A program made the position numbers and the translations under genes. The notes under the pieces are model-generated. The model worked only from the letters and a program-made list of their open reading frames with translations, ran no database searches and was not told the DNA's origin. Positions 1-10,512 of a DNA stretch of 64,000 bases are shown in pieces. Numbering within the stretch: position 1 is the first letter of the stretch; every line of letters begins with the position of its first letter. Source of the stretch: an uncultured delta proteobacterium (GTDB lineage Bacteria; Myxococcota_A; Polyangia; Polyangiales; Polyangiaceae); NCBI GenBank assembly GCA_963806225.1, contig CAWDXG010000001.1, positions 576,001 through 640,000 on the forward strand. The letters run 5' to 3'.

Positions 1-654
1 GGCTCACCGCTGCCGGTGCGCCGCTTCGACCTGGTGGAAGTCGACGGACAGATCGCGCACTTCGCCGGCACCGGCTGGGACGCCGAGATGATCGACGACT
101 TCTACGCGCAGAAGGACGCGCCCGGCATCCTGCCCAGGAGCCGACGGAACGGCCTCATGGGCTACCTGAACGGGATGTTCACCCGCACCATCCCGCGGCA
201 CTTCTCCGGGCCGTCGGTCGAGGTCGAGCTCGTCAATACGGGCGCCGACGCACTCACCGTGGACGAGAAGGGACGCGTCGTACCGCTGCCGGGCGGCGAG
301 CACGGAGCCGTGTTGTATCGCGGTCCGGTGAGCGTGTGCGCGGCCGGCACGATCCAGGAATGGGGCTTCGGCTTCCGGGCTTTCCCGTTCGCCGGGCTGG
401 TGCCGGGGCGGTTCTGCATGCGCATCTACGCTGCGGGTGCCGTCGAGGCGACGATACGCATGCGCCAGCTCTGGCGCGGCGCGCACCCCTGCCCGAAGAT
501 GCACACCTGGCTTTTGGACAGTTGCCACGCGACCTTCTCCAAGTCCGTACCGTTCCAGGTCGGCGGCGACCGCGTCGCGCACCGCTCCGAGGTCGAGTAC
601 AAGCTCGCCAGCGAGTGGGTCAACCTGCTCGACTGGTCCGCATTGCCCAACTAG
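1..654 (+). CDS. Diacylglycerol kinase (YegS/DAGK) family protein, C-terminal part; begins before the window
   Basis: RRFDLVEV..FAGTGWDAEM and PFQVGGD resemble the DAGK accessory-domain motifs; stop at 654. Confidence 0.7.
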   Translation, partial: GSPLPVRRFDLVEVDGQIAHFAGTGWDAEMIDDFYAQKDAPGILPRSRRNGLMGYLNGMFTRTIPRHFSGPSVEVELVNTGADALTVDEKGRVVPLPGGEHGAVLYRGPVSVCAAGTIQEWGFGFRAFPFAGLVPGRFCMRIYAAGAVEATIRMRQLWRGAHPCPKMHTWLLDSCHATFSKSVPFQVGGDRVAHRSEVEYKLASEWVNLLDWSALPN

Positions 655-691
655 CGCTACCCTGTCGGCACGCCCTGGCGCGTGCCGACCC

Positions 692-1531
692 ATGTACGCC
701 GTTGCACTGACCCGTTGGGGTCCGCCCCACCCGCCCGGCTCGCCGCCGGATGCCCGTCCCGCCGCTCTGGTCGAGGAGCTGGCCACAGCGCTGGCGCCGC
801 ATCTAGGTCGGACCGAGTACGATCTCCGCCTGCTGCTGGCCGGCGCGCTGCCCAATGTGCTCCTGCGCACGGCTGAGGTGCCGCGCGCCCAGGAACTGCT
901 CGGGGTACTCCGGGCAGCCGGTCACGGCGCCGTCGCTTGCGATCTCGATCGCGTCGCCGGCTCGGGGAGCCTGCTCGCGCCGCGCGACTTCGTGTTCGAG
1001 GCCGACGGCTTCAGCGGTACGGTGCCCGGCTCGGGCCCGGTGCGCCTGGAATACGCGCAGGTCCTCGCGCTGGTCCGCGCGACGCACGACACGTCCGAGG
1101 AGATCACCACCGAGACCAAGGAAAAGAAGCTCAGTCTGGCGCGAGCGGCGGTAACAGGCGGGCTCTCGTTCTCGAAGACCACGACCCGGCGCGAACATTC
1201 GCTCCGCGGCGAACGCGAGCAGGTGCTGTACGTCTTCACTCGCTCTGGCGAAGGTCACCTGCTGCTCCGCGAACAGCGGCTGCGCTATGCGGGCCTCGGC
1301 GAACGCGTGGGCCGCACGCTACTCGAGAACTTCAACACCACGGTCGAGCTCTTCTGCGCACACGCTCCCGCCGCCCACTACGACGACCGGCTGATGTCGC
1401 AGCGCCGACGCGAAAGCGTCGTGCATGCCACGAGCGCGGTGGGCAACGCCCAGGTCGCCACCACCAACGCCGCCGAGACTGATCTCGCCGCGCACCTGAT
1501 TGCCGTGGCGTGCCTGCAGGGGCAGCTCTAG
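692..1531 (+). CDS. Hypothetical protein
   Basis: ATG at 692 (MYAVALTRW) within ORF 437..1531; GC3-rich codons. Confidence 0.7.
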   Translation: MYAVALTRWGPPHPPGSPPDARPAALVEELATALAPHLGRTEYDLRLLLAGALPNVLLRTAEVPRAQELLGVLRAAGHGAVACDLDRVAGSGSLLAPRDFVFEADGFSGTVPGSGPVRLEYAQVLALVRATHDTSEEITTETKEKKLSLARAAVTGGLSFSKTTTRREHSLRGEREQVLYVFTRSGEGHLLLREQRLRYAGLGERVGRTLLENFNTTVELFCAHAPAAHYDDRLMSQRRRESVVHATSAVGNAQVATTNAAETDLAAHLIAVACLQGQL

Positions 1532-1542
1532 AGCCCGGCGCG

Positions 1543-2509
1543 CTAGTCCTGCCAGACGACGCGGTTGCGCCCGCCGTGCTTGGCGGCGTACAGGCGTCGG
1601 TCCGCAACGGCGATGAGCGCTTGCGGCGTCGGCTCCTCGGCGCACACGAGCGAGGCCGCGCCGACGCTGATGGTGACCGGAATCGGCACCTGCTCGAACA
1701 CCACCGGGGCGGCCGCGGCCGTCCCGCGGAGCCGCTCGCCGACGTGCGCGGCGCCGTCCACCGTGATGCCACGCAGGACGATTGCGAACTCCTCGCCGCC
1801 GTAGCGCACGAAAATGTCCTCGGCGCGCAGGCCGGACCGGATCCGCGCCGGTCAGGTCGATCAGCACGGCGTCGCCCGCCTGGTGGCCGTAGGTGTCGTT
1901 GACGCGCTTGAAGTGGTCGAGGTCGAACATCAATAGCGAGAGCAACGTCCGGTGGCGCCGCGCGTACGACACCTCCGCCTTGAGGCGCTCGTCGAAATGC
2001 TCGCGGTTGTAGCAGCCGGTCAGTGCGTCGCGCACGCTGGCTTCGTACAGCTTGCGAAGGACGTTTTCCTCGTCCTCGTCCGTGATCGAGTAGCGGAAGA
2101 TGACGCTCGGCCCGAGCTGGATCATGTCGCCGTCGGTGAGCTGGCGCTTCTTGATCCGCTCGCCCTGCACGAAGCTGCCGTTGGCCGATTCGAGATCCTC
2201 CACCGAATAGCTGCTGCCCTCGCGCCTGAGCTTCGCATGGTGCCGACTCATGCCCGAGTCGTTCAGCCAGATGTTCGATTCCATGCTGCGGCCGATGCTG
2301 TACTCGGCGTTGTCCAGGCGGATCACCTGCCCCAGCTGGTTGCCGTGCACGCGCACCAGCAAGTGGCGATCGCGCGGCGCGGCGGTCTGCGCGCGCCTCA
2401 GCTCGGCGAGGTTGACGATCGCAGTGCGCTCGGCCCCCTCGTCGTCATACTCGTCTTCGTCGTAGCCGCCCACGGTATTGCCCGAAGAATGATCAACCGA
2501 AGCTACCAC
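1543..2509 (-). CDS. FHA-domain diguanylate cyclase (frameshift at ~1810-1850)
   Basis: FHA motifs IGRS..SRHHA..DLESANGS; DALTG, DLDHFKRVNDTYGH; RYGGEEF continues in the frame of ORF 1543..1809. Confidence 0.9.
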
Positions 2510-2765
2510 GGACCGCGGCAGATTGGCAGCGCCTCGTTTCCGCCCGCCGTCCGGCGCGGGGAGGGTGATCCCCGCGGGAAATTTCCGCCTGTCGCGTCCT
2601 CCTCGGGGGCCCGGCAGCCGCGGAGCGGCATAGTCACATGGTGTACGTCTTCCGGGGCGTCCCCCGACGCCGGGCGCGCCTTGGGGCGTTGACCGATCCC
2701 ATGCGCTGCATCCCCCCCGGCTTCGCCGACGTACCTCGGTCAGACCGTGTCCTACGGCGTGAAGA

Positions 2766-3924
2766 TCACGGCGAAGTGACCTCCCGCTCTTTCAGGATCG
2801 CGCGCGCGATGACGATGTGCTGCACGTCGGTCGCGCCCTCGTAGATGCGCAATGGGCGGATGGCGCGGTACAGGCGGTCGACGATGTGTTCGGCGAGCAC
2901 GCCGCGGCCGCCGACGAGCTGCACGGCGTCGTCGATGATGCGCTGCGCGGCCTCGGTGGCGAAGGCCTTGGCCATCGCGCTCGGGAGTGTGACGCGCGCT
3001 GCACCGCGGTCCTTCTCCATCGCCGCGCGGTAGACGAGCAGGCGCGAGGCGGAGAGATCGATCGCCATGCGTGCCAGGCGGTTCTGGACCATCTGGAAAT
3101 CGGCGAGCGGCTGCCCGAACTGCCGCCGCTCCGTCACGTGCGTCGAGCGCCTCGTCGAGCGCGCGCCGCGCCATGCCGGCGGCAGCAGCGGCGACCGTGG
3201 TGCGCAGCGCGTCGAGCGTGGCCATGCCGAGCTTGAAGCCCTGACCCTCGTCACCGACGCGCGCGGAGGCCGGCACGCGGCAGCCGTGGAAGGCGAGCTC
3301 GCCGAGCGGGATGCGGTGCGCTCAGCACGAGTGGCTTGACCAGCTCGAGGCCAGGGTTGTCCGCGCCCACCACGAAGCAGGACATGCCGCGGTGTCCGGC
3401 GTCGGGGTCGGTCTTGGCGAACACGGTGTAGAAGTCCGCGATGCCGGCGTTGGAAATGAGCGTCTTGCCGCCGTCGAGGACGTAGTCGCCGCCGTCGCGG
3501 CGCGCCCTCGTTTGCAGGCTGGCCACGTCCGAGCCCGCCTCCGGCTCCGTCATCGCGAAGGCTGCCATCGCGCGGCCCTCCACCACGGCGGAGAGCCAGC
3601 GCTCTTTGAGCTCTTCGCTGCCCGCCATGGCGATAGGCGTCGAGCCGAGCGCCTGCAGTGCGAACACCTCGTCGGCGAGCGATGACGCGGCGCCGAGCGC
3701 CTCGCGGATCAGGCAGCACGCGCGCAGATCCAGCGGGTGCGCGTAGCGCAGCACGCCCGCCGAGCCGAGCCGCGCGAGGATTTCGCGGGCCTGTTGGCGC
3801 GCCTCGGCGTCGTCGGCTGGCGGGGGCAGGGGAGCTATCTGCTCGGCAGCGAAGTCGTCGACCTCGCGTGCGAGCTGACGTGGGGGTCGTCGAGGAAAGC
3901 GTCGATCTCTTCGGTCTGCGGCAT
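2766..3924 (-). CDS. Acyl-CoA dehydrogenase, AbmD-like (three apparent frameshifts at ~3880, ~3310, ~3140)
   Basis: [28 protein letters not shown] and [10 protein letters not shown] are spread over successive frames. Confidence 0.9.
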
Positions 3925-3988
3925 GTCCCCGGTGTAGCCGAGCGCTGCCGGCTCGCCTAGTCTCGGGGGCACGGAGGAAGGGGAGCGA

Positions 3989-5756
3989 ATGGTGTCAGTG
4001 CGATCGACAGAAGCAGTCTGGGCCGTGGCGTTGCTGGCGACCGGATGCGGCCCCGCGCCGAGGCCGGTGGCGCCCCCTCCTCCGCCGCCCGGAATAGCGC
4101 AGCCTGTGGCTATCGCTGCACCGGCGCCGGCCGCGGCTCCGGAACAGCCGGTGGAGCTCCAGCAGGCCTCGGGCCAGACACAGAGCTCGGGACAGTTCGA
4201 CGTGGGGCCCGTGAGCGGCCGCCCGTCGCGACAGGGGCATACCGATCCCGTGCACGTGCTAGCGCTCGGCGTGACGCTCAAGAAGAAATGGCAGACGCCG
4301 TGTGGGCCGCACGACCTTCCGCACGACGATGGCGCTGGTCGGCGGCCAGGTCGTCATCGGTACTCACGGCCGCACGCTCAAGGGCAAGAACGAGCGCGAC
4401 GACGGCGTGTACGTGCTGGAAGCGAAGACCGGCAAGCGCGCGCGGCTGATCCGCACTCCCGGTCACGGCGACCTCGACGTGGGCGGCGTGGCGGTCGACG
4501 GCGCAGAGCGTCGTTCTTCACCACCGACAACTCGCAGATCGTCAAGGCAGAGCTCGGCGGCAAGATCCTGTGGAAGGCGCACGCCAAGGGCAAGGTGCGT
4601 CCCGCGCCGGCGCTCGCGGATCTGGACGGCGACGGCGATCTGGACGTCGTGGTCGGCGACGAATCGGGCATGCTGCGTGCGCTCGACGGCAAGACCGGCA
4701 AGCGGCTGTGGGCGGTGGCCACCGGCGGCAACGACTACGGCGCCAAGGGCTTCATCGGCGCGGCGGCCGTCGCGGATCTGGATGGCGACGGGCATCCCGA
4801 CGTGGTTGCCGGGGCGCGCGACGGCATCCTCTCGGCCTACCGCGGGACCGACGGCGGCGTGCTCTGGCAGATCGCCAACAGCTCCGGTATCCACGCCTCG
4901 CCCATCATCGCGGACTTCGACCAGGACGGTCATCCCGAGGTGCTCGCCGCGTGGTCGTACGGCGACGTGGCGATCGCCGACGGCAAGACCGGCGACAAGC
5001 GCTGGGCCACGCGACTCGCACAGGACAGCGGCGGCATCGAGGGGCTGTTCGGGACGCCCACGCCTCTGCCCGGCGCGCCGGGCGTGCTGATCGCGCCCAC
5101 ATCGTGGTGGGGCAAGGAGGACGGCATTATCGGCGTGGGCGTGGACGAGCGGCGGTTCAGGTCGTTCGAGGGCCGTGTGTCGGCGAGCGCCGTGGTCACG
5201 GACCTGGCGAACGACGGCAAGCTCGAAGCCATCCTCGGCACCGAAGCGGGCAAGCTCGTCGCGCTCACGGCGGACGGCGGGCGCGCGGTGCTCGCGAAGC
5301 TTGGCGGGCCGATCGAAGCGCCGGCAATGCTCGCCGACACGGATGGCGACGGCGACGTACGAGCTCCTGGTCGCGTCCAACGACGGCAAGCTGACGTGCT
5401 TCGAGACGGGGTCGACGGCAAAGCCGTTCATCTCCCGCTTCCGCGGCGAGAGCCTGCACAACACGGGGGTCGTCGGTGCGACGAAGCTGGGCTGGCACTC
5501 GCAGCGGCAGGGCATGGGCGCGCCGGCGGCGTCGCGCGGCGGCGCATCGCGCGGCGGCATCCGTGTCGACTACCTGCGCTGCTGCAAGGCGCTGACGGAC
5601 CAGGCGACGCGCGCTCCGACGCCGCAGAACAAGCGCTACCTGGAGGCTGCGTCGGTGTGCAACTCGCTGGCGGGGCTGAATACGGATCGCTCGAAGGCGC
5701 TGTCTTCGGTCCAGGCGGTGCTGCGCGGAGCGGATGTGCCGCGAGAGTGCCGGTAG
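3989..5756 (+). CDS. Secreted lipoprotein with FG-GAP/PQQ-like beta-propeller repeats (frameshifts at ~4290, ~4510, ~5357)
   Basis: Lipobox LATGC; repeated ADLDGDGxxDVV and ALDGKTGKRLW motifs; Cys-rich C-terminus in ORF 5175..5756. Confidence 0.8.
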
Positions 5757-5784
5757 GATCACGTCTCGCTTCGCGTCCCGCTCC

Positions 5785-5914
5785 GCGTCGGTCGCGGCCT
5801 TCGCGTGCTCGCGGCCAACCTCGGCTCCGCACGCGGGGCAGTTTCGCGACGCGCGCGAGCCGCGGTGGCTCCGCCTCGGGGGCCGCTTGCGCTCGCGAAG
5901 ACCACTACCGACGC
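5785..5914. repeat. Nested imperfect palindrome (REP/REPIN-like)
   Basis: Nested complementary pairs GCGTCGGT/ACCGACGC, CTTCGCG/CGCGAAG, GCGGCC/GGCCGC, CGGCTC/GAGCCG. Confidence 0.45.
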
Positions 5915-6126
5915 TCCGCTTGTAGCGTTGCGGGCGCTCGGGCCTCCCTGATACCCGGACGCATCGGAACCGCTTGATCAGACCGGAACAAGCATGAGGG
6001 GGAGCGACGAGGGCGCCCCGGTCTACGGCATCGCCGCCTTGGGAGTATTGATGGTGATGCCGGTGAAGTAGCCATTGGCGTCTGCGTTCGCCTTCAGGCT
6101 TCCCACGAACAGTAGCCAGCAGAAAT

Positions 6127-6231
6127 CCGCAGCTGCTCAGCGATCCATGCAAGGACAGCGCGTGCGACACGACGGGCTCGGCGCGGCGCACCACGGGGCT
6201 CACGTCCGACACCATCGGCTTCCAGCTCGGT
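6127..6231 (+). pseudogene. Orphan fragment paralogous to the lipoprotein gene at 28503..29000
   Basis: PQLLSDPCKDSACDTTGSARRTTGLTSDTIGFQLG vs PQQLGDLCGGNACTTTGSARRTTGLTSDTIGYQLG (27/35 identical); no in-frame start codon. Confidence 0.8.
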
Positions 6232-6322
6232 CGTCGCCGCGACGAGAACCGACCACCCGCCGCTGGATCACTCGATTGCGCGCGGTCTTGTGCCGTGACG
6301 GGCGCGCGGGTACCGTCATGAG

Positions 6323-7456
6323 ATGCGCTCGACGCCGGCTGCTGCTCTGACGATGGCTCTGCTCGCCGCCTGCGGTTCGAACGCTTCGAGCTCGCGCGGC
6401 GGCGCGCCGGACGCCTCCGCCGAAAGCGGCGGGGCAGCGGGAACGTCGGGCAGCGGCGGCAGCAACGGCGTGGCAGGGAGCGATGCGGGCGGCGACGCGA
6501 ACGGCGCGGGCAGCGGTGGCGCGGCGGGCAGCGGTGGCGCGGCGGGCAGCGGTGGCGCGGCGGGCAGCGGTGGCGCGGCGGGCAGCGGTGGCGCGGCGGG
6601 CAGCGGTGGCATCGAGCCGCTGTTCGGCGCGGCGTTCAGCCCGCACGACGCGACCCGCCAGAACGCGCTGGTCACGCAGTTCGGCGGCCTCGAAGTGACG
6701 CGCTCGTACGACGGAACGAAGGGCGTCGCGCCATTCCTGAATGCCTACCAGGCGCTCGACGCAAAGCAGGGCGCGGCTTCGGCCTACTCGTTCAAGTACC
6801 TGCCGGCCGACGTGCTTGCCGGCAAGGACGACGCCGCGCTGAAGAGCTTCTTCCAGGGCATCCAGGACCACCACCCGGTGTACTGGACATACTGGCACGA
6901 ACCGGACGACGAGCTCTACAAGACGCACACCTTCACACCGAGCGACTATCGAAAAGCGTGGGCGCACATTCGCGCCCTCGCCGACGGCGTCGAGGCCAAG
7001 CGCCCGAATCTCGAGATCTACGCGACACTCATCGTCATGGAATATTCCATGCGCCCGACTGTCGCGCCGAACCGGCCGCTTACCGGGCCGAACGGCATGT
7101 ACCCGGGCGATTCGGTGATCGACGTGTTCGGCGTGGACGCCTACAACGCCGGCGCGCAAAACGGCACTCTCTACGACCCGGCGACGCAGTTCGGCAAGGT
7201 CATCGATTTCGCCGAGCAGCACAAAAAGCCATGGGCGATCGGCGAGCTCGGCTCGTGCCCGGTGAAAGGCAACGCCAACGGCCGCGCCGAGTACCTGACG
7301 CAGGCCATCAAGTACTGGAAGAGCCGGAACGATCCACCGGTCTACGCCGCGTACTTCGACGTAGCGTGGTCGACGTGCGACTACACGCTCGACGGAGACG
7401 CCGCCGCGACGAAAGTATGGAAGACGGCGGTGACGCAGGGGCTCAAGGCATTTTGA
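6323..7456 (+). CDS. GH26-like (clan GH-A) glycoside hydrolase lipoprotein with Gly/Ser linker
   Basis: Lipobox LAAC; (GSGGAA)n linker; WHEP (acid/base), DVFGVDAY and KPWAIGELG (nucleophile) motifs. Confidence 0.75.
   Translation: MRSTPAAALTMALLAACGSNASSSRGGAPDASAESGGAAGTSGSGGSNGVAGSDAGGDANGAGSGGAAGSGGAAGSGGAAGSGGAAGSGGAAGSGGIEPLFGAAFSPHDATRQNALVTQFGGLEVTRSYDGTKGVAPFLNAYQALDAKQGAASAYSFKYLPADVLAGKDDAALKSFFQGIQDHHPVYWTYWHEPDDELYKTHTFTPSDYRKAWAHIRALADGVEAKRPNLEIYATLIVMEYSMRPTVAPNRPLTGPNGMYPGDSVIDVFGVDAYNAGAQNGTLYDPATQFGKVIDFAEQHKKPWAIGELGSCPVKGNANGRAEYLTQAIKYWKSRNDPPVYAAYFDVAWSTCDYTLDGDAAATKVWKTAVTQGLKAF
6506..6610 (+). repeat. 18-bp tandem repeat encoding AGSGGA
   Basis: About 5-6 copies of gcgggcagcggtggcgcg. 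Confidence 0.9.
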
Positions 7457-7522
7457 GCGCGGAGACAGGCCGTCCGGCTCGCGGACGTAGGCGCGGGGCA
7501 CGTAGCCACCGTGGCTGTGGTT

Positions 7523-9259
7523 CTATGCGCTCGATCGCGCGCTGCCGGCGCGCCAGGGCTCGAGCACCACGCGCGCCGCGTGCTCGCCGAGCTCGCGCAG
7601 GTAGGGCGCCTCGTGCGCGCGCCGCGAGCCGAGCAGCGGGTCGCTCACACTGAGAGGCGTGAGGCTCTGGTTGACCACCCAGGCAAAGGGCGTGATCCCG
7701 GCGCGTGACAGATCGCGCTCGAGCTGCATCGCCTCGTGGATGGGCGTCGCTTCCGCCAGCGTCACCAGAAGGATGTGCGTGAACGCCTTGTCGCGCAGCC
7801 GCGGCAGCAGGCGCTGCACGGCCTCGGGGCTGCCGCTCGGCTTCTTCAGCACCTCGCGGTGATAGGACTCGGCCGCGTCGAGCAGCAGCAGCGTGTGCCC
7901 GGTCGGCGCCGTGTCGATCACCACGAAGCGGTCCTCGCCCTGGCTCACCGTCTCGGCGAAGGCGCGGAACACGGCGATCTCCTCGGTGCAGGGGCTTCGC
8001 AGATCCTCCTCCAGAAGCGCGCGGCCCTGCGCGTCCAGCCCGCTGCCCGCCGTCGCCAGCACCTCCTCGGTGTAGCGCCGCGTCTCGAGCTCGGGATCGA
8101 TGCGCGTCACTCGCAGGCTCGCCGAGCCCTGCCCCAGCTCGCGCGCCGCCTGCTCGACGTGCGCGGCCGGGTCGGTGGTCGTGAGCGTCACCGGGAAGCC
8201 GCGGCGCGCCAGCTCTCCGGCGATGCGCGCGGCCACAGTCGTCTTGCCGACGCCGCCTTTCCCCATGGTCATGATGACACCGCGCTTGTGCGCGGCCAGC
8301 TCGTCGATGAGCTGGTCGAGCTGCTCGGCCGAGACCGCGCCGGCGCTTGCCTGCGGCACCTCCGCGCCGATCGTGTCCCGATCCGCCAGCCGGCGCAGCG
8401 CGTCGACGCCGAGTAGCGCGGAGCCGAGCAGCGGCACGTCCACGCGCGGCAGCTTGCCCAGGCCCGCCGGCAGATCGGCGATCGAAGCCCGGCCCAGGGC
8501 CTGCATGGCCGCCGCCGTCTTGTCGGCGGGGTCATGCGCCTCGAACACGCCGTTCAGGATCAGGCGCACGTTCGAGACGCCGAGCTCCGCCAGTTCGGCG
8601 CGCGTGCGCTCCGCCTCGGTGATCGACGGCCGCTCGGGGCGTGCAACCAGCACCAGCGTGGTCTGCGCGGGATCGCGCAGCGCGCGGTTCGAGGCCGCGT
8701 ACAGCGCCTTCTGCGCTTCGAGCCCGGAGAGCGGACCCAGACACGACGTGCCGCCCACGTTGGTGTCGATGAAGCTCGTCCAGGCCGCGGGTAGCTCGAG
8801 CAGGCGCAGCGTGTGACCGGTCGGCGCGGTGTCGAAGACGACGTGATCGAAGTCGGCCGTCGCAGCGCCGTCGCCGAGCAGCTTCGAGAACTCGTCGAAG
8901 GCGGCGATCTCGACGGTGCACGCGCCCGAGAGCTGCTCTTCCATGCTGGTGACGGCCGCGGCCGGCAGCACGTTGCGAAATGGACCGACCACGCGCTCGC
9001 GGTAGGCCGCTGCCGCCTGCTCGGGATTGATGTCGAGCACCGACAGCCGCGGAACGGCGGGCACGGCGGTCGGCGTCGAGGCGACCTCGACGCCCAGCAC
9101 CTCGCCCAGGTTCGAAGCCGGATCGGTGCTGACGAGCAGCACGCGCTGCCCCGCGTCGGCCAGGGCGATGGCGGTCGCGCAGGCCGACGAGGTCTTGCCC
9201 ACGCCGCCCTTGCCCGTGAAGAACAGAATACGCGTCGGGTCCTGGACGAGTGGTGACAT
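7523..9259 (-). CDS. arsA: Arsenical pump-driving ATPase
   Basis: Two GKGGVGKT P-loops, two DTAPTGHT motifs, metal-binding Cys in GACTVEI, SCLGPL and SPCTEEI. Confidence 0.97.
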   Translation of the reverse strand: MSPLVQDPTRILFFTGKGGVGKTSSACATAIALADAGQRVLLVSTDPASNLGEVLGVEVASTPTAVPAVPRLSVLDINPEQAAAAYRERVVGPFRNVLPAAAVTSMEEQLSGACTVEIAAFDEFSKLLGDGAATADFDHVVFDTAPTGHTLRLLELPAAWTSFIDTNVGGTSCLGPLSGLEAQKALYAASNRALRDPAQTTLVLVARPERPSITEAERTRAELAELGVSNVRLILNGVFEAHDPADKTAAAMQALGRASIADLPAGLGKLPRVDVPLLGSALLGVDALRRLADRDTIGAEVPQASAGAVSAEQLDQLIDELAAHKRGVIMTMGKGGVGKTTVAARIAGELARRGFPVTLTTTDPAAHVEQAARELGQGSASLRVTRIDPELETRRYTEEVLATAGSGLDAQGRALLEEDLRSPCTEEIAVFRAFAETVSQGEDRFVVIDTAPTGHTLLLLDAAESYHREVLKKPSGSPEAVQRLLPRLRDKAFTHILLVTLAEATPIHEAMQLERDLSRAGITPFAWVVNQSLTPLSVSDPLLGSRRAHEAPYLRELGEHAARVVLEPWRAGSARSSA

Positions 9260-9268
9260 GATGCCCTT

Positions 9269-9730
9269 TCAGCAGCAGCTGCCGTTCCCGGTGGAACGAG
9301 TGATGCTAGAAGACGAACCACAGCAGCCGCCGGAGCTGGCCTTCGGCGCGGGCTCCGGCTTCGCCGACGAACCACAGCAGCCGCCGGACTTGGCCTTCGG
9401 CGCGGGCTCGGCCTTCGCATCCACCTTGACGCCGGCCCAGGCGGCCAGCTCGTCGCGCGACGGATACACGCCGCTGCTCTTGACCTCGTCGCCCACCTTC
9501 ACCACAGGCAGCCCGTCCTCGCCGCGCGCCTCGAGCGCCGCCTTGACCTCGGCGTCGCTCGCGAACGCGGCAGGCTGCTGCGACAGGTTGAAGCGCTCGA
9601 CCTGCACCCCCTGGCTCTTCAACCAGTCGAGGTCGGCGGCGAAGCGCACCAGCTCGGAATCGACGGAGGGACCGCAGATCCCGGTGGAGCAGCACATGGC
9701 GGGATCGAACACACGCAGAGTCACGGACAT
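9269..9730 (-). CDS. arsD: Arsenite metallochaperone
   Basis: FDPAMCCSTGICG, RFNLSQQP and YPSRDEL motifs; tail with three CC pairs. Confidence 0.95.
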   Translation of the reverse strand: MSVTLRVFDPAMCCSTGICGPSVDSELVRFAADLDWLKSQGVQVERFNLSQQPAAFASDAEVKAALEARGEDGLPVVKVGDEVKSSGVYPSRDELAAWAGVKVDAKAEPAPKAKSGGCCGSSAKPEPAPKASSGGCCGSSSSITRSTGNGSCC

Positions 9731-9740
9731 GAGGATACCT

Positions 9741-9756
9741 TTCGCTGATCGACGAT
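9741..9756 (-). promoter_or_regulatory. Putative second ArsR operator upstream of arsD
   Basis: Minus strand ATCGT-N6-GCGAA resembles the palindrome at 10109..10124. Confidence 0.4.
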
Positions 9757-9771
9757 AGAGTCGGGGCTCGA

Positions 9772-10110
9772 CTAGAGGCTGCCGAGCAGGGCCTTCAGGC
9801 GCCGCAGCGTGCGCGGCTCGATGCAGTAGCAGACGCGGGGACCGTCCACCTCGCCGCGGATCAGGCCCACGCTCTTCAGCACCTTCAGGTGCTGCGAGAT
9901 GGTCGACTGCGCCAGCGGCACTTCTTCCACGATTTCACCGTAGACACAGGCGTTCCTGCGCGTCAGGATACGCAGGATCTGCACCCGGGCCGGGTGCCCG
10001 ATGGCCTTCGCCAGGGCCGCCAGCTCCTCGTCGGCTCCGCCGCCCTCGACCGGCCGCAGATCCGGCTCGTCGTTCGGCGCAGGGCAACAGACTGCGGCTT
10101 GTTCGTTCAT
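9772..10110 (-). CDS. arsR: ArsR/SmtB family regulator
   Basis: [28 protein letters not shown]; start MNEQAAVCC; directly upstream of arsD. Confidence 0.9.
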   Translation of the reverse strand: MNEQAAVCCPAPNDEPDLRPVEGGGADEELAALAKAIGHPARVQILRILTRRNACVYGEIVEEVPLAQSTISQHLKVLKSVGLIRGEVDGPRVCYCIEPRTLRRLKALLGSL

Positions 10111-10124
10111 CGTCGAACTACGAT
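10109..10124. promoter_or_regulatory. Putative ArsR operator
   Basis: Palindrome ATCGT-cgaact-ACGAT overlapping the arsR start codon. Confidence 0.6.
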
Positions 10125-10512
10125 TAACTCGTCGCCGCGGCGGCGTCAAGGTGGGCAGCGTGTCCGGTGCGTCGGCAGCGATCCATTCTGCTCGCCGGTG
10201 CGCAGATCGGATGCGGGACGACCATCGACGCGGGCAGTGTGATCGCGCGTCGACTGCCGCCGCTCGGCCGCCCATTGCCCTGCTTGTGCTCGGCGAGCTG
10301 GTGGTTAGATTGAGCACCTCGGTAGCAACTGCGGACGCTTCCAGGAAGCTCCGACCACGTCGAGGGGCGTAGAGCAGTCGCCGAGGCATTGATGCGCGTC
10401 GCTCGCGGATCGCACCTGATCCGGAGGCGGGGCTCGTCCTGCGTGGGCATCGACGAACAAGGCGACGCTCGAGCCGGAGCTTTTCCGGTTCTTGCAGAAA
10501 GCGGAAATCCAT

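Noticed and set aside
5810..5935. Integron attC site
   Set aside because: The GGCCAAC...GTTGCGG ends are not properly complementary, no second similar site was found and there is no integrase.
10125..10500. Possible gene remnant between arsR and the DUF3494 gene
   Set aside because: No frame gives a recognisable motif; the long ORF extension is not supportable.
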